Below, piece by piece: positions 26,600 through 36,802 of a stretch of 64,000 bases of DNA (position 1 is its first letter; every line of letters starts with the position of its first letter). The DNA is from a virus: positions 1-64,000 of the IMG/VR virus record IMGVR_UViG_3300044680_000048; one strand, 5' to 3'. The position numbers and the translations under genes were made by a program. The notes below the pieces were generated by a model. It worked only from the letters and a program-made list of their open reading frames with translations. It made no database searches and was not told where the DNA came from.

Positions 26600-26850
26600 T
26601 TTCTCCTCTTTCTCTCTTTCGGGAAGGTATCTAAGACCTTAGTAAGAGCCTTTTCTGCATTGAATAGTTCTTCTAGAGCCTTTCCGGTCTTCCAATCGCA
26701 AGACATGAACCAACTTTCATCTTTATAGTGGAGTTTTTTTAGATTTTCTTCATTTTCAAGCTTAAACCCATCAATTTCCATCCTCAATTCATGTAACCGG
26801 TGGATAAATCCACGAAATTGTTTAATATCCACTATGGTGTTTCCCGCCAA
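26596..26850 (-). CDS. hypothetical protein (84 aa)
   Basis: ORF track. Confidence 0.55.
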   Translation of the reverse strand: MAGNTIVDIKQFRGFIHRLHELRMEIDGFKLENEENLKKLHYKDESWFMSCDWKTGKALEELFNAEKALTKVLDTFPKERKRRK

Positions 26851-27089
26851 ACGTTAAAGTTGGAGTCTATGCAGTAGAACTTCCTAGTTTCAGGGTTATA
26901 ATGCTGCCGTAGCTCAAGTGTTTTCCCATTATCTTCATCTCCGGAAGGCCTAGAATAAGTAATCCCGAATTTAGAGAATCTCCCGCCTCCAATAGTAGCG
27001 GAAAAAACATCAAAAGGTCGGAATATTCTTCCACGGGAAAGTCCTACAAATTCCTGAACTGCCTCTTGACGGGAAGGAAGATTATCCAA
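26832..27089 (-). CDS. hypothetical protein (85 aa), TTG start
   Basis: ORF track. Confidence 0.5.
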   Translation of the reverse strand: MDNLPSRQEAVQEFVGLSRGRIFRPFDVFSATIGGGRFSKFGITYSRPSGDEDNGKTLELRQHYNPETRKFYCIDSNFNVWRETP

Positions 27090-27249
27090 CTATCACCTCT
27101 CTTTCTTCTATACTAGAACCATCATAGTGGCTAAATTCAGAAGGTTGAGGTAATCTATCTGTAATTTCATTCACTCTCACATCCCATTTAATACTATCCG
27201 GAAGCTTATCTCTCCAGTCTATCCAAGCCTTAACTAAATAAACTTTCAT
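27082..27249 (-). CDS. hypothetical protein (55 aa)
   Basis: ATG 27249 overlaps the upstream TGA (ATGA); below track cutoff. Confidence 0.45.
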   Translation of the reverse strand: MKVYLVKAWIDWRDKLPDSIKWDVRVNEITDRLPQPSEFSHYDGSSIEEREVIVG

Positions 27250-27443
27250 TTTCTATACTCATCCATATTAATAACATTCTCTTCCGGTCGGACTATTACT
27301 ATTTCATTTACTACAGAGGCATCTACTAGCTCATAAAGAAGGAGGGAAAAGATCTCCTTATTGTAGATTGAATCTTCATCCAGTGTAACAGATTCTAGGA
27401 GTAAAGGGAGCTGTAATCTAAGATCCTTTAATCTAACCTTCAT
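27246..27443 (-). CDS. hypothetical protein (65 aa from ATG 27443)
   Basis: The track's longer start (27530) would overlap rmlB by ~100 nt; the internal ATG overlaps by 11 nt. Confidence 0.45.
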   Translation of the reverse strand: MKVRLKDLRLQLPLLLESVTLDEDSIYNKEIFSLLLYELVDASVVNEIVIVRPEENVINMDEYRK

Positions 27444-28404
27444 CAAAGTAGCTGGTAGCAAAAGCCTTCTTATACCATTCGAGGAGTTCCGGAACACTTT
27501 CTTCAAGGGTGTACTCTGGTTTCCAACCAAGGTTCCTTAGCTTACTACTGTTGACAAAATAACGTAAGTCATAACCTGGTCTATCTTTCACAATTTTGAT
27601 GAGGTTAGAGAATCCGAACAACTCTACTACTTCTTGGGGAGACTTTTCGGCATTAGCAGAAACATTGTAGACTTCTCCGGCTTTCCCTTTCTCTATAACA
27701 GTAAAGATGGCGGAACAATGATCATAAACATGGAGCCAGTCTCTTAAAGCAGGAGTTTCAAAAATGGTAATCTCTTCTCCGGCAAGACCTTTCTTGATGA
27801 TAGTAGGAATTAACTTATCCTGTTGCCGGGTGCCAAAATTATTAGAACAGCGGGTAATTCTTACATCTAAACCATAAGTCTTATGGTAAGAAAGGGCAAG
27901 AAGATCACTAGCTGCTTTACTAGCAGAGTAGACAGAGGAAGGGTTAAGAATTTGGTCTTCATCAAAACCTAGTTCCTTGAGTTCACTACTCCAGTAGGAA
28001 GAATTACTAGACGTGCTATAGCTTCCATATACTTCATCACTCGAAACAATTATTAAAGGAATCTTAAATTCTTTAGCTATTTTACAGATACGGGAAGTAG
28101 CTAAGTAGTTAGTATCAAATAGTTCTGGGTCATCTATAGATGTGTCTACGTTAGACAAAGCTGAAAAATGAGTGATTAATTCCGGATTGTGTCCTTTACT
28201 TAAGATATCCGTATGGATAGAGAGGCATTCCACATTGGCAAAAATTTGATCACATTTAGCTTTTCTATTTTCATCTAGAAGGTTGCTTCCACAGCTTCCC
28301 TCTAACATTCCATCTACGCCCACAACTTTATGTCCAAGTTTGAGGGCAACATCTACAAAGTGGGAACCAATAAAACCAGCGTTTCCAGTAACTAATATTT
28401 CCAT
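27433..28404 (-). CDS. rmlB: dTDP-glucose 4,6-dehydratase-like SDR
   Basis: GNAGFIGSH Rossmann motif, SSDEVYG, YSASKAASD (YxxxK), CSNNFG, RDWLHVYDHC, DRPGYDLRY, LGWKP. Confidence 0.85.
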   Translation of the reverse strand: MEILVTGNAGFIGSHFVDVALKLGHKVVGVDGMLEGSCGSNLLDENRKAKCDQIFANVECLSIHTDILSKGHNPELITHFSALSNVDTSIDDPELFDTNYLATSRICKIAKEFKIPLIIVSSDEVYGSYSTSSNSSYWSSELKELGFDEDQILNPSSVYSASKAASDLLALSYHKTYGLDVRITRCSNNFGTRQQDKLIPTIIKKGLAGEEITIFETPALRDWLHVYDHCSAIFTVIEKGKAGEVYNVSANAEKSPQEVVELFGFSNLIKIVKDRPGYDLRYFVNSSKLRNLGWKPEYTLEESVPELLEWYKKAFATSYFDEG

Positions 28405-28442
28405 GTCTTGCGGGAACCTCTTATTCGTTACTTACTATCATA

Positions 28443-28697
28443 TCATGGATTTATAGTAGGTTCATTATTCTTTAAGGGTTTCCACCCGGTAGGTTTACAA
28501 CCTGTGCAGGTGGAACCTTTTCTCTTTCTTCTTTGTAGGGCAAAAGCAATAATATTTCTTGGAATACTAAGTTGTTCCCCTGTTTTAGTATGAATTACAA
28601 CTGCTCCATCTTTTATTTCAATATAGTCAAATTCTAGGATCACAGCTGGCGTACTAGGCTGTGGAATACTTTTTTTAGGTTTGTGGCTGTTTGTCAT
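28443..28697 (-). CDS. hypothetical protein (84 aa), last gene of the tail operon
   Basis: ORF track; ATGA-type coupling. Confidence 0.5.
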   Translation of the reverse strand: MTNSHKPKKSIPQPSTPAVILEFDYIEIKDGAVVIHTKTGEQLSIPRNIIAFALQRRKRKGSTCTGCKPTGWKPLKNNEPTINP

Positions 28698-31600
28698 GAA
28701 GTTAAGTGTTCTCCTAAAGGGTCTAATATATCTACTCCATTATATGGAATATACTCTGTTGGAATGTTTTTAAAATTCAGGGGTACAGAAGCACTTGGAG
28801 TATAGATTACACTTCCATTATTATCCAAAGATAACGTAATGATAATCAAGCTAAATGTGTTTGGGGGTGTACCACTAGGAGCACTAATGGGAGAATTGTC
28901 CGCATATAATCTAGTCATCTTGTAAACTGCTATTTTATTAGTATCATACAGCTGAACGGAAGATAAATAAACATGTTCTGGGTCATTTGACCCATCTGTA
29001 GCTGCTCCTAATTCTGTGTTAATGTCTCCTACACTATGTACACCATCTGAGACAAAAGGACGCAACCCTTGATCTGTTAGTAGTAGTGGAAAATTTGGTA
29101 AAAATCCTAATGCTGCGGGGTCAATATTACATATAGGGGCCCCTAAATTGTCAAAACTAATATATGCGTTATCCCATAAAAATGGAGCAATGGGTAAACC
29201 TCCAGCACCTAAACCTGTGAATTCTGGTACTTGTTCAAACGGATCAGAGGGTATAGGCTGGTATTCCTGAACTACTTCACCATAATCAGAGTCCCAATAA
29301 AAATTAACTGCCGTAGGATCGGTAAATGCTGACTCTCCTGGGCAAAATACCCGTTGTCTGAGTAGGGTGCGTTGACCCCCCTTTAGAAATCCAGCTAAGT
29401 ATGTTATATCTATCTCTTGAGTAACAATACTATCCCCAGTAAAGATAAAGTTTGAAAATATCTCCCCATCCGTAGGGAATTGGACAATAGAAGAGGAACC
29501 CCCTCCTAAATTTTTGAATAGAATCCCATAAAATCTGGATGCAAAAGAAGAATTAGCGAAATAATTACAAGGTGCTCCTAACCCCCCTATCTGTTGAAGT
29601 AGTGAACTTCCTTCAACAGATGTATACTGTGCTGTGGGTATAGTAATACTGGCTGAGTAACCATTAGCAACTGCATTTGGTAAATAAGGGTGTAATGTTT
29701 TGAAAGAAGGATCAGGTGGAGGAACTGGAAGGGGATTAGATAGACCATTCCAAATATTAAATACTCCATTAGAGCCTGGTACAACATCTAAAAATTCTGG
29801 ACCTGTATTTCCAGAAAAAGGATCTAGTATATCTGTAGAGTCATAGAATCTATTGTAAGTTAAAATAGGACCCACTCCTGGAGAATAAACTTGGTTAACC
29901 TTTAATGGGTTAATGTTTTTTTGTGGCACAGAGTTCCCACAGGTATAATCAGAGGGTTTCTGAGCAATACTACATACATAGGAGGAAAAACTAGTAGGGG
30001 TAGGCATCCAAGCTACTCTACTAGTCAAAGTTGTGGGAACTAGCGCATAACTTACTCCATTATTGGCAGCTATAGGTGGAAAAATAGTAGGATAGTCATT
30101 AGTGTTTAATACTCCTCTAACTGACCTAGAAGCAGTCAGTAAGGAATATGGACTACCTGATGTAGACCCATCACCACATGTAAAGGTAGCTGGAAGTTCC
30201 CTCTCTGTATCTGTAGTATTTTGTAGAAAATTTACAAAGTTGGAGGTATCAGGCATACATGCATCTACAAATACATCCTTTGAATTACCCTTCCAATCTG
30301 TAATGTTTATGGCAAAATCTTGAAGATAGTTGGGTTCAAGTCCACCACCTTCTATAACATCATAATTAAAGTATTGTTGGGCACCCCCCCAAGTAGCTGT
30401 TACGGGCAAGAGGGGGTAAGTGGTAGAAAGTTCTATTGCTTGATTAGGTAAAAAAACAAGTATAATGTTTTGGGAAAAGTCAAGAGCATTCCCCTGTTCA
30501 GGTGCAGGCGGAGGCCCATAAGTGTATTCACAGTCACTTGTAAAAGTCAAAGGGAGAAGACCCGTATAACCCCCATTAACCAGTTCAGTTACCCAAGAGT
30601 CTCCGAAGACATTAGAGGTATTAGCATCTAATCCATCATACGTCAAGTAATCAGCACCATTTGGACCTGTGGCGTTTTCATGTTTTAGTTTTACTACCTT
30701 ATGTACTGCTACATTCACTGTTACAGTATCAAAAACAACATCCATTACGGGATTATCATCAGAATCTGTCCCAGTAAGTACATAGGATGGAAGAGCCATA
30801 ACCTCTAACCAGTAATCTCTATTTAATAAATGTGGGAAATCAGAAGTAGCATCTTCATATGTGAATGTTAAATCTATACCACTTCTAGATGGATCAGGGT
30901 CTAAAAATCCTCCAATACCATTAGGGTACACTCCCGAACCCCAAGCATCAAAGGTTATAGACTCTTCCCAAAGGGGAGTTGGGGGAATATCAAAATCAAT
31001 TAAGTCATTTATATTTATACTTCCTGTAGTAATTGTGGAACTAGTAAATATTTTTTTATCATTATCTAGAGTGACATTCTTTAAAATCATCCAATGCCAA
31101 ATCATGGCGGATATATTATCATACGTATCATCAATTTGGAGTTCCGACCATAGATAATATAAATGGTTCCCACATTTAGCTACTGAAGGAAAAAGTACTT
31201 GCAGTCCAAATTCAACACCTGTAAGATTAGACGAAGCACTCACTGGTCTGGAAGGACCTAGAGTAGAAGTAATACTATTTAATATATTTGGGTCCATTTT
31301 ATATATATTGAACTTGGAAAGGTCTGGGTATACATTAGAATTACTAAACGGTATATAGTTTGTAGAAGTAGACAAATCTGTGGACTTAGAAACACTCAAA
31401 TATACATCTGCCACATTATTAGTTTTATACTGCGGATAATCAACAGTTAAAAATGTTTCTATATCATTAACATAGTCACTAACAAAGAGATCCCAAGCTA
31501 CAACACCACTTGTTCCCTCAACCGCAAAGAAATTAACTCCTGTTCCTATACAGAAGGCAGTAGTAGCAGAGGTCTTCCGGCAAAGGTCATATTCTTTAGG

Positions 31601-31792
31601 GTTTCCCGTATAGCCTGTTAGCTGATAAGTATTCCCTTGAGGATCAGTACAGGTTGTTCTATCAGCAGATATATGTCCAACAAATGTAACAGTTCCGGAA
31701 TTAGTGTTATTCTGGTTAAGGGTATATGCCTGCATAGCAAGAGCAGCAGCATAAGCTGCTTGTTTCTGGGTGTATTCTTTACCTCTTCCCAT
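28694..31792 (-). CDS. large tail fibre/baseplate-associated structural protein (1032 aa)
   Basis: Size and position distal to the tape measure; Ser/Thr/Asn/Gly-rich beta-type composition; positional inference. Confidence 0.6.
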   Translation of the reverse strand: MGRGKEYTQKQAAYAAALAMQAYTLNQNNTNSGTVTFVGHISADRTTCTDPQGNTYQLTGYTGNPKEYDLCRKTSATTAFCIGTGVNFFAVEGTSGVVAWDLFVSDYVNDIETFLTVDYPQYKTNNVADVYLSVSKSTDLSTSTNYIPFSNSNVYPDLSKFNIYKMDPNILNSITSTLGPSRPVSASSNLTGVEFGLQVLFPSVAKCGNHLYYLWSELQIDDTYDNISAMIWHWMILKNVTLDNDKKIFTSSTITTGSININDLIDFDIPPTPLWEESITFDAWGSGVYPNGIGGFLDPDPSRSGIDLTFTYEDATSDFPHLLNRDYWLEVMALPSYVLTGTDSDDNPVMDVVFDTVTVNVAVHKVVKLKHENATGPNGADYLTYDGLDANTSNVFGDSWVTELVNGGYTGLLPLTFTSDCEYTYGPPPAPEQGNALDFSQNIILVFLPNQAIELSTTYPLLPVTATWGGAQQYFNYDVIEGGGLEPNYLQDFAINITDWKGNSKDVFVDACMPDTSNFVNFLQNTTDTERELPATFTCGDGSTSGSPYSLLTASRSVRGVLNTNDYPTIFPPIAANNGVSYALVPTTLTSRVAWMPTPTSFSSYVCSIAQKPSDYTCGNSVPQKNINPLKVNQVYSPGVGPILTYNRFYDSTDILDPFSGNTGPEFLDVVPGSNGVFNIWNGLSNPLPVPPPDPSFKTLHPYLPNAVANGYSASITIPTAQYTSVEGSSLLQQIGGLGAPCNYFANSSFASRFYGILFKNLGGGSSSIVQFPTDGEIFSNFIFTGDSIVTQEIDITYLAGFLKGGQRTLLRQRVFCPGESAFTDPTAVNFYWDSDYGEVVQEYQPIPSDPFEQVPEFTGLGAGGLPIAPFLWDNAYISFDNLGAPICNIDPAALGFLPNFPLLLTDQGLRPFVSDGVHSVGDINTELGAATDGSNDPEHVYLSSVQLYDTNKIAVYKMTRLYADNSPISAPSGTPPNTFSLIIITLSLDNNGSVIYTPSASVPLNFKNIPTEYIPYNGVDILDPLGEHLTS

Positions 31793-32055
31793 TATTGGGC
31801 GATATAGGAGCCTTGTGCTCCTACTAGGCTTATGGTATCTCCAATTCCTAATGGTCTATTGGTTGCAAGGTAAACATTACTATAAGTGTTCCCATTGGCA
31901 GTTACTGTACAGACAGTATTTCCGGTAGAGTCTGTAGAAATAGCAGAAATGGTAGCCAAACTGGAAGAGTTGTTATTCAGGTTCCCCACAACATTGGCTA
32001 CTACCTGATTGGCTACTTCAAAGGAGATTTGTGTTATTTTATTCTTAAGTCCCAC
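31792..32055 (-). CDS. small structural protein (87 aa)
   Basis: ORF track; coupled within the tail operon. Confidence 0.55.
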   Translation of the reverse strand: MGLKNKITQISFEVANQVVANVVGNLNNNSSSLATISAISTDSTGNTVCTVTANGNTYSNVYLATNRPLGIGDTISLVGAQGSYIAQ

Positions 32056-34372
32056 TTGTTTTAGGTCCTACGTTGAGATAAGGAGTTACCCAGTTAATTT
32101 CTGCATATCTTGCTACTTGAAGAGTTAATATTCCCGGAGGAGTAAAGCTCACTGTTTCTATTATTCCGGTAACAGTCACTTCATCAACAGTAGCGGAAGC
32201 CAACATTCCAGGAACAGGCATTACGCCAAAGAAGACACAATTTATGGTCCCTTGGTAAGTTTTAACATATTGGGTTACATTAGAAGGTACTTGAACAGCC
32301 GCTGCTCCACTTAAACCTTTACGGGTAACAGCAATATCAAAAGAGAAGTTTCCGGCAGCTACATCTGGGTTATTTGCTGGGAAGAACCTACTATCAATGG
32401 TAATAATTGGGGTATACACATTTCCCCGCAAGACAGATGTAATATATGTATCAGCTAAAGGAACAGATTCCGCAAAGTTATACCAAAGTTCTGAATTAGT
32501 TGTAACAATGCTGTAGTTGTAGGAGGCTAGGGAGTTAAAAGAAGCACTTCCGGCATTATTAGGATCAGTAATGAGAATTCGGGCATACACCTCATCATAA
32601 TCAAATGGCAAGTCTATAACAACCGGTGGATCGGAAGTAGTTAATAATTTACTAATACTTCTGACCTGGGTTACGGGCTCAGATGAAGTTCCAGCCGATG
32701 GAGCATTGCCGGAATTACCAGAATTGGAAGGATTGGTTACAAAAATGACATTAGCAAAATTTAATACAGGAGTAGGTATCGAATATACTCCTTGGTTAGG
32801 ACTGAATGGGATAGGAGTCTCAACTCCACCAATTCCATATTCTAAGTCTTCTAATTCTTCCCAGAAGAGTCCATTAGCGGTAATAAGCTTGGCGGAAGGA
32901 ATCGCAAAAGCCCCAATAGAATAGTTAGGAGAACAGACAGTATAATTAAGACCACCACTCCATCTAAGAACTCCCCCTACATATCCCGCAAGAGATTGAA
33001 GAGCAGAGAGTAAAGTCATTGTTGGTTGAATAGTAAACTGTTGGCTTAAAGCATTGTCAAAAGTGGTCCAAGTTAGATTAATTCCCACTCTTCGGGCTAA
33101 AGCAAGAGCTGTTTCTTTAACAGAGAAGTATCTAGAGCTGGTAAGAGGAACTACAACTTCTTTACCCGAGGTGTCTACTGCCAGAGCAGTTTGAGAATTA
33201 GCGAATAGTAGCCCGTATTGGGAAAAATTAGCATTTAATTGATTAAATAACACCGTATTATATAGTACATCAGCAATAGAGGTTCCACCATTAGCACCCC
33301 TACCTAGAATAAAGGAAAGTTGCTTATTTAGTAGAGGACTGCTTGCAAATATCCCCCTAGAAGCATAACCCTTGGCAGAATTTGAAACAATGTTCTCTGA
33401 TCCATTACCACCAGCAGTGATAATTGCGCTTAATCCAAATACACCAATAATGTCCCCATCATTACCAACAGTATTGAGGGAAGTTACACTCCAAGTTCCT
33501 CCTAAATAGTCTAAGCTTAAGGAGAAATTAAACATTTGTCCCCAATTGTTATTAGGAACATTGGAGTTAGGAATATCCACATAAACAGCAGTAGAAGGTG
33601 TTGCCGGAGGCACTCCTATAATAGTTGTTCCCCCAACAGCAACATTAGGACTAAAGGTGTTAGGCTGATAAACTCCATTGATAGTAGTTCCACTAGCAGC
33701 AGTAACACCTACAAGAGTAGCTACCTGTCCCCCAATGTCTACGGTGTATTTACCACCCTCTAATAGGGTTTGACCATAGACCTTAGTAGTGTATGCGGGA
33801 CATTCCAAGATTTGCCCTACTATCTTAACAGTACACTGCCGGTTAAGAATAGGAAGGGGCTCAATAAAAGACTCTTCTGTTCCTAGATTTTCATAGTAGG
33901 TTAATTTGATTATCTGGGAATAATAACTATTAACACCGCTGTTTTCAAAGGAGATATCAGGAGAAGCAGAAGCATAGTTTTCTACTAAGCCCAGATTCTC
34001 ATAATAAGTTTGAGAAACTGTTTGGGTGAAGAAATCCCCAAAACCCCCTACTTCCGTTGCTATTGCCGGAAGTTCGGAATAAACATCCTGAGTTCCTACA
34101 TTTTCATAATATGTCTGACTAACTGTCTGGGAGTAGTAATCATTGAGTCCGGCATTCTCTATTACTGTTCCGGTGGCTATATTCGCAAAGGTCAGAAGAT
34201 ACTGAAACCCGGTATTCTTAAAAGAAGTATGAGTGGAAGTACTTCCTTCAGCAATAAAGGATTGGTAAGCTTTGGCGGAAGACTGATAAGGAGAAGTTAG
34301 TCCAGTATGGGTTGAATTACTGTTCTCATTCTGGAAATTAACATGTACTGGATTGATGTCAAAGTGGGACAC
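32045..34372 (-). CDS. tail/baseplate structural protein (775 aa) with N-terminal ..SQTYYEN.G.. repeats
   Basis: Four ~25-30 aa repeats near residues 70-180; position in the tail operon. Confidence 0.6.
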   Translation of the reverse strand: MSHFDINPVHVNFQNENSNSTHTGLTSPYQSSAKAYQSFIAEGSTSTHTSFKNTGFQYLLTFANIATGTVIENAGLNDYYSQTVSQTYYENVGTQDVYSELPAIATEVGGFGDFFTQTVSQTYYENLGLVENYASASPDISFENSGVNSYYSQIIKLTYYENLGTEESFIEPLPILNRQCTVKIVGQILECPAYTTKVYGQTLLEGGKYTVDIGGQVATLVGVTAASGTTINGVYQPNTFSPNVAVGGTTIIGVPPATPSTAVYVDIPNSNVPNNNWGQMFNFSLSLDYLGGTWSVTSLNTVGNDGDIIGVFGLSAIITAGGNGSENIVSNSAKGYASRGIFASSPLLNKQLSFILGRGANGGTSIADVLYNTVLFNQLNANFSQYGLLFANSQTALAVDTSGKEVVVPLTSSRYFSVKETALALARRVGINLTWTTFDNALSQQFTIQPTMTLLSALQSLAGYVGGVLRWSGGLNYTVCSPNYSIGAFAIPSAKLITANGLFWEELEDLEYGIGGVETPIPFSPNQGVYSIPTPVLNFANVIFVTNPSNSGNSGNAPSAGTSSEPVTQVRSISKLLTTSDPPVVIDLPFDYDEVYARILITDPNNAGSASFNSLASYNYSIVTTNSELWYNFAESVPLADTYITSVLRGNVYTPIITIDSRFFPANNPDVAAGNFSFDIAVTRKGLSGAAAVQVPSNVTQYVKTYQGTINCVFFGVMPVPGMLASATVDEVTVTGIIETVSFTPPGILTLQVARYAEINWVTPYLNVGPKTSGT

Positions 34373-34381
34373 ATTCTAAAC

Positions 34382-35617
34382 CTATGTACTATACCGGCTG
34401 ACATCCCAGAGGGCATTAGCCCCATCTCCAACCTTCACAACTTCAATTATGTTTCTCCCGGTAGGAAGTCTATAATTGCCCGGAGATTGAAAGTATGTGT
34501 CCAAAAGCCTAACTGCTGTCCCAGAAGTGTCATCAAAGATCATCAAACGGGCTAGTTGATTTACTCCTGCTATTTGAACTGTAACAGTTCTCACAACAGT
34601 TGAACGGGGAACAACATTAAATACATAGATCCTTTCAGCAGTCTGCTGAACAGCAAAAGCTAAATTAGTTCCAGCACAGAAGCCTGTAGAAACTACTTTA
34701 TTAGTAGCATTAGTGTAGAAAGTTCCACTGGCTGTTATAGTCTGAACGGGAGAAGTAGTAAAGTCCACCTCTTGGACGGTATTATTTTCTGTTGACGTAA
34801 TATTATTCCAAGCTACTAAAGTTTCTCCACTGGCAGAAGCACAAAAGACTGCTGCGGGAGTATTAGCTGCCTGATTTATAGGCATTTGCCAGATCATAGT
34901 TCCAGTAGAGTAATCATATACCTGTTGCATATGCTCAGTCTCTACATATAAGAGATTTCCATCATAACTCATGCCAGATATGGTTATAATCGCCAAATTG
35001 GAAACACTAGTAGTATTAAGACTGGACATGCTTATAGGATACTGAACGTCTATGTGGTTTAGTATATTTCCATTGGAATCTATCTCATAAATCTTTCCAA
35101 ATCTTCCTCCAACTAGCCAACTTCCGGTTGATCTTAGGATAATACAAGCGGGAAGAAAGTTAGCACATCCTTGAATAGTAATATTAGAGACAGTTTGGGA
35201 AGAAGCAACTATCCTAGTTAATTGGTTAGACGTACCAGTAACATAAAAGGCAATTCCCGAGGCAGTATCTGCCGCAATTCTTTGATTATCAAATGACCCT
35301 AAGGTATTACCTCCAGAGACATTGGTTCTATATCCAGAAGAGTTTTCAATAAAATCTACCGTAGAAACACCCGTACTGGATATAACAGAAGAGGCGGAAT
35401 TAATTAAACAAACAGCACCTGGTGAAGATAGGCATGTAACACTAGACCCCACCTGAGCTAATGTAGTCAGAGAGTATTTCCTAAAGGTAGGTCCTGTAGA
35501 CTCTACAATATAGACCTGTCCATTAGAGGGGTCGGCAATTCCAGCTTGTAGTGTCGTAGAGGTGAGCTGTATAACTCCGGTATAAGAGATCATGCTGTAA
35601 ACTCCCGTATATCCCAC
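34382..35617 (-). CDS. beta-propeller-like tail protein (411 aa), paralog of 35590..36786
   Basis: Shared motifs (GKIYEIDSNGNILNHI versus GKIVEIDSSGNTLKSI; GMSYDGNLLYV versus GLTYYGDVLSC). Confidence 0.6.
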   Translation of the reverse strand: MGYTGVYSMISYTGVIQLTSTTLQAGIADPSNGQVYIVESTGPTFRKYSLTTLAQVGSSVTCLSSPGAVCLINSASSVISSTGVSTVDFIENSSGYRTNVSGGNTLGSFDNQRIAADTASGIAFYVTGTSNQLTRIVASSQTVSNITIQGCANFLPACIILRSTGSWLVGGRFGKIYEIDSNGNILNHIDVQYPISMSSLNTTSVSNLAIITISGMSYDGNLLYVETEHMQQVYDYSTGTMIWQMPINQAANTPAAVFCASASGETLVAWNNITSTENNTVQEVDFTTSPVQTITASGTFYTNATNKVVSTGFCAGTNLAFAVQQTAERIYVFNVVPRSTVVRTVTVQIAGVNQLARLMIFDDTSGTAVRLLDTYFQSPGNYRLPTGRNIIEVVKVGDGANALWDVSRYST

Positions 35618-36786
35618 TGTTCAGGACTTCCGGGAATAAGGGAAATCTCTATGTAATTTCTATTATCGGTACATATTAGAGGTTGGGAACCGGAAGGAAG
35701 TGTTTGGTCTACTTCTACTATAGACCTGCCTATTCCCTCATCTCTGATTCTTATTACTCTTGTGGAAACATCCGTCCCCAGTGGATTCTGAGATCTTGAG
35801 GCTTCAGAAGTTTTCTGTACGGAAGTGATATTGTAAAGACGTAACTCTACTCCAAAGGATGCACCACTGTTACCTGTTATTCCCCAAGCTCTTGAATTAA
35901 TAGGTTCAATTTGAGCCTGGATAAATGGGTTAACAGATTCATTCATTGTCGGAAGGAATATTAAATGCCCACTAGCTGCAAAACACTCTGTTAGTCCCGT
36001 AGTAGCATTTGATGGTTGTCCACCTCCATGTGAAATTAAAAATGTTCCAGAAGCTGAATCACTAAAGCAGGGAGTAGTTGGACTAGAGGAACCTCTATTT
36101 GTAGTCTGATTACGACTTATAAGAGTTCCAGTAGAATACTGATATGTATAAATGCTTCCATGACCCGTTACACAGGATAGAACATCTCCATAGTAAGTAA
36201 GTCCAGTGACTACAATAGTAGGAGCAGTTATATAAGTATCTGTAGGCAACGATATTGACTTTAGAGTATTGCCGGAAGAGTCTATTTCTACTATCTTTCC
36301 ATTATTAGTTCCCATAATAAATGTAGAGGTATCTGGCCGGAAGATTATAGAAGCAGCTTGAGCAGAAGTGATTCCTGTGGGACTTAACTGAGTAAGGGTG
36401 AAATTAGAATTAACCTTTAGGACTTTGCCATTTGTTCCTGAAGTAGCAATAGCAATCTTGTTTACAATGTCTCCGGCCATTAGTTGTCCCGCTGGATAAT
36501 TAAAGACATTTAAGTAATTAGTAGTTACATTGGTTTTCTGATTAGTAGCCACATCTACATACATAATCCCACCAGAATAATTAACTATTGCAGAAGCGGG
36601 GGCAAGAAGACATATAGCATAGGGAAGATTGGCTACAGCAAGTGTAGGATTAACCTGTTGCCCAGACCAATTATAAATCCTAAATTCATCGTTATTATTA
36701 GCAGCATAGATGTAATTAACATCTGAAAACGCACAATAAAATGTTCCCGTATTACAGTTTATATCATGGTAGAGACTAAGAGTCAT
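35590..36786 (-). CDS. beta-propeller-like tail protein (398 aa)
   Basis: See paralog; tandem arrangement with a 28-nt overlap. Confidence 0.6.
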   Translation of the reverse strand: MTLSLYHDINCNTGTFYCAFSDVNYIYAANNNDEFRIYNWSGQQVNPTLAVANLPYAICLLAPASAIVNYSGGIMYVDVATNQKTNVTTNYLNVFNYPAGQLMAGDIVNKIAIATSGTNGKVLKVNSNFTLTQLSPTGITSAQAASIIFRPDTSTFIMGTNNGKIVEIDSSGNTLKSISLPTDTYITAPTIVVTGLTYYGDVLSCVTGHGSIYTYQYSTGTLISRNQTTNRGSSSPTTPCFSDSASGTFLISHGGGQPSNATTGLTECFAASGHLIFLPTMNESVNPFIQAQIEPINSRAWGITGNSGASFGVELRLYNITSVQKTSEASRSQNPLGTDVSTRVIRIRDEGIGRSIVEVDQTLPSGSQPLICTDNRNYIEISLIPGSPEQWDIREFTA

Positions 36787-36802
36787 AAAATCCTCCTAGT
36801 AC

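Noticed and set aside
28694-34372. Diversity-generating retroelement targeting the fibre genes
   Set aside because: No reverse transcriptase and no template/variable repeat pair with adenine-specific differences are visible in the window.
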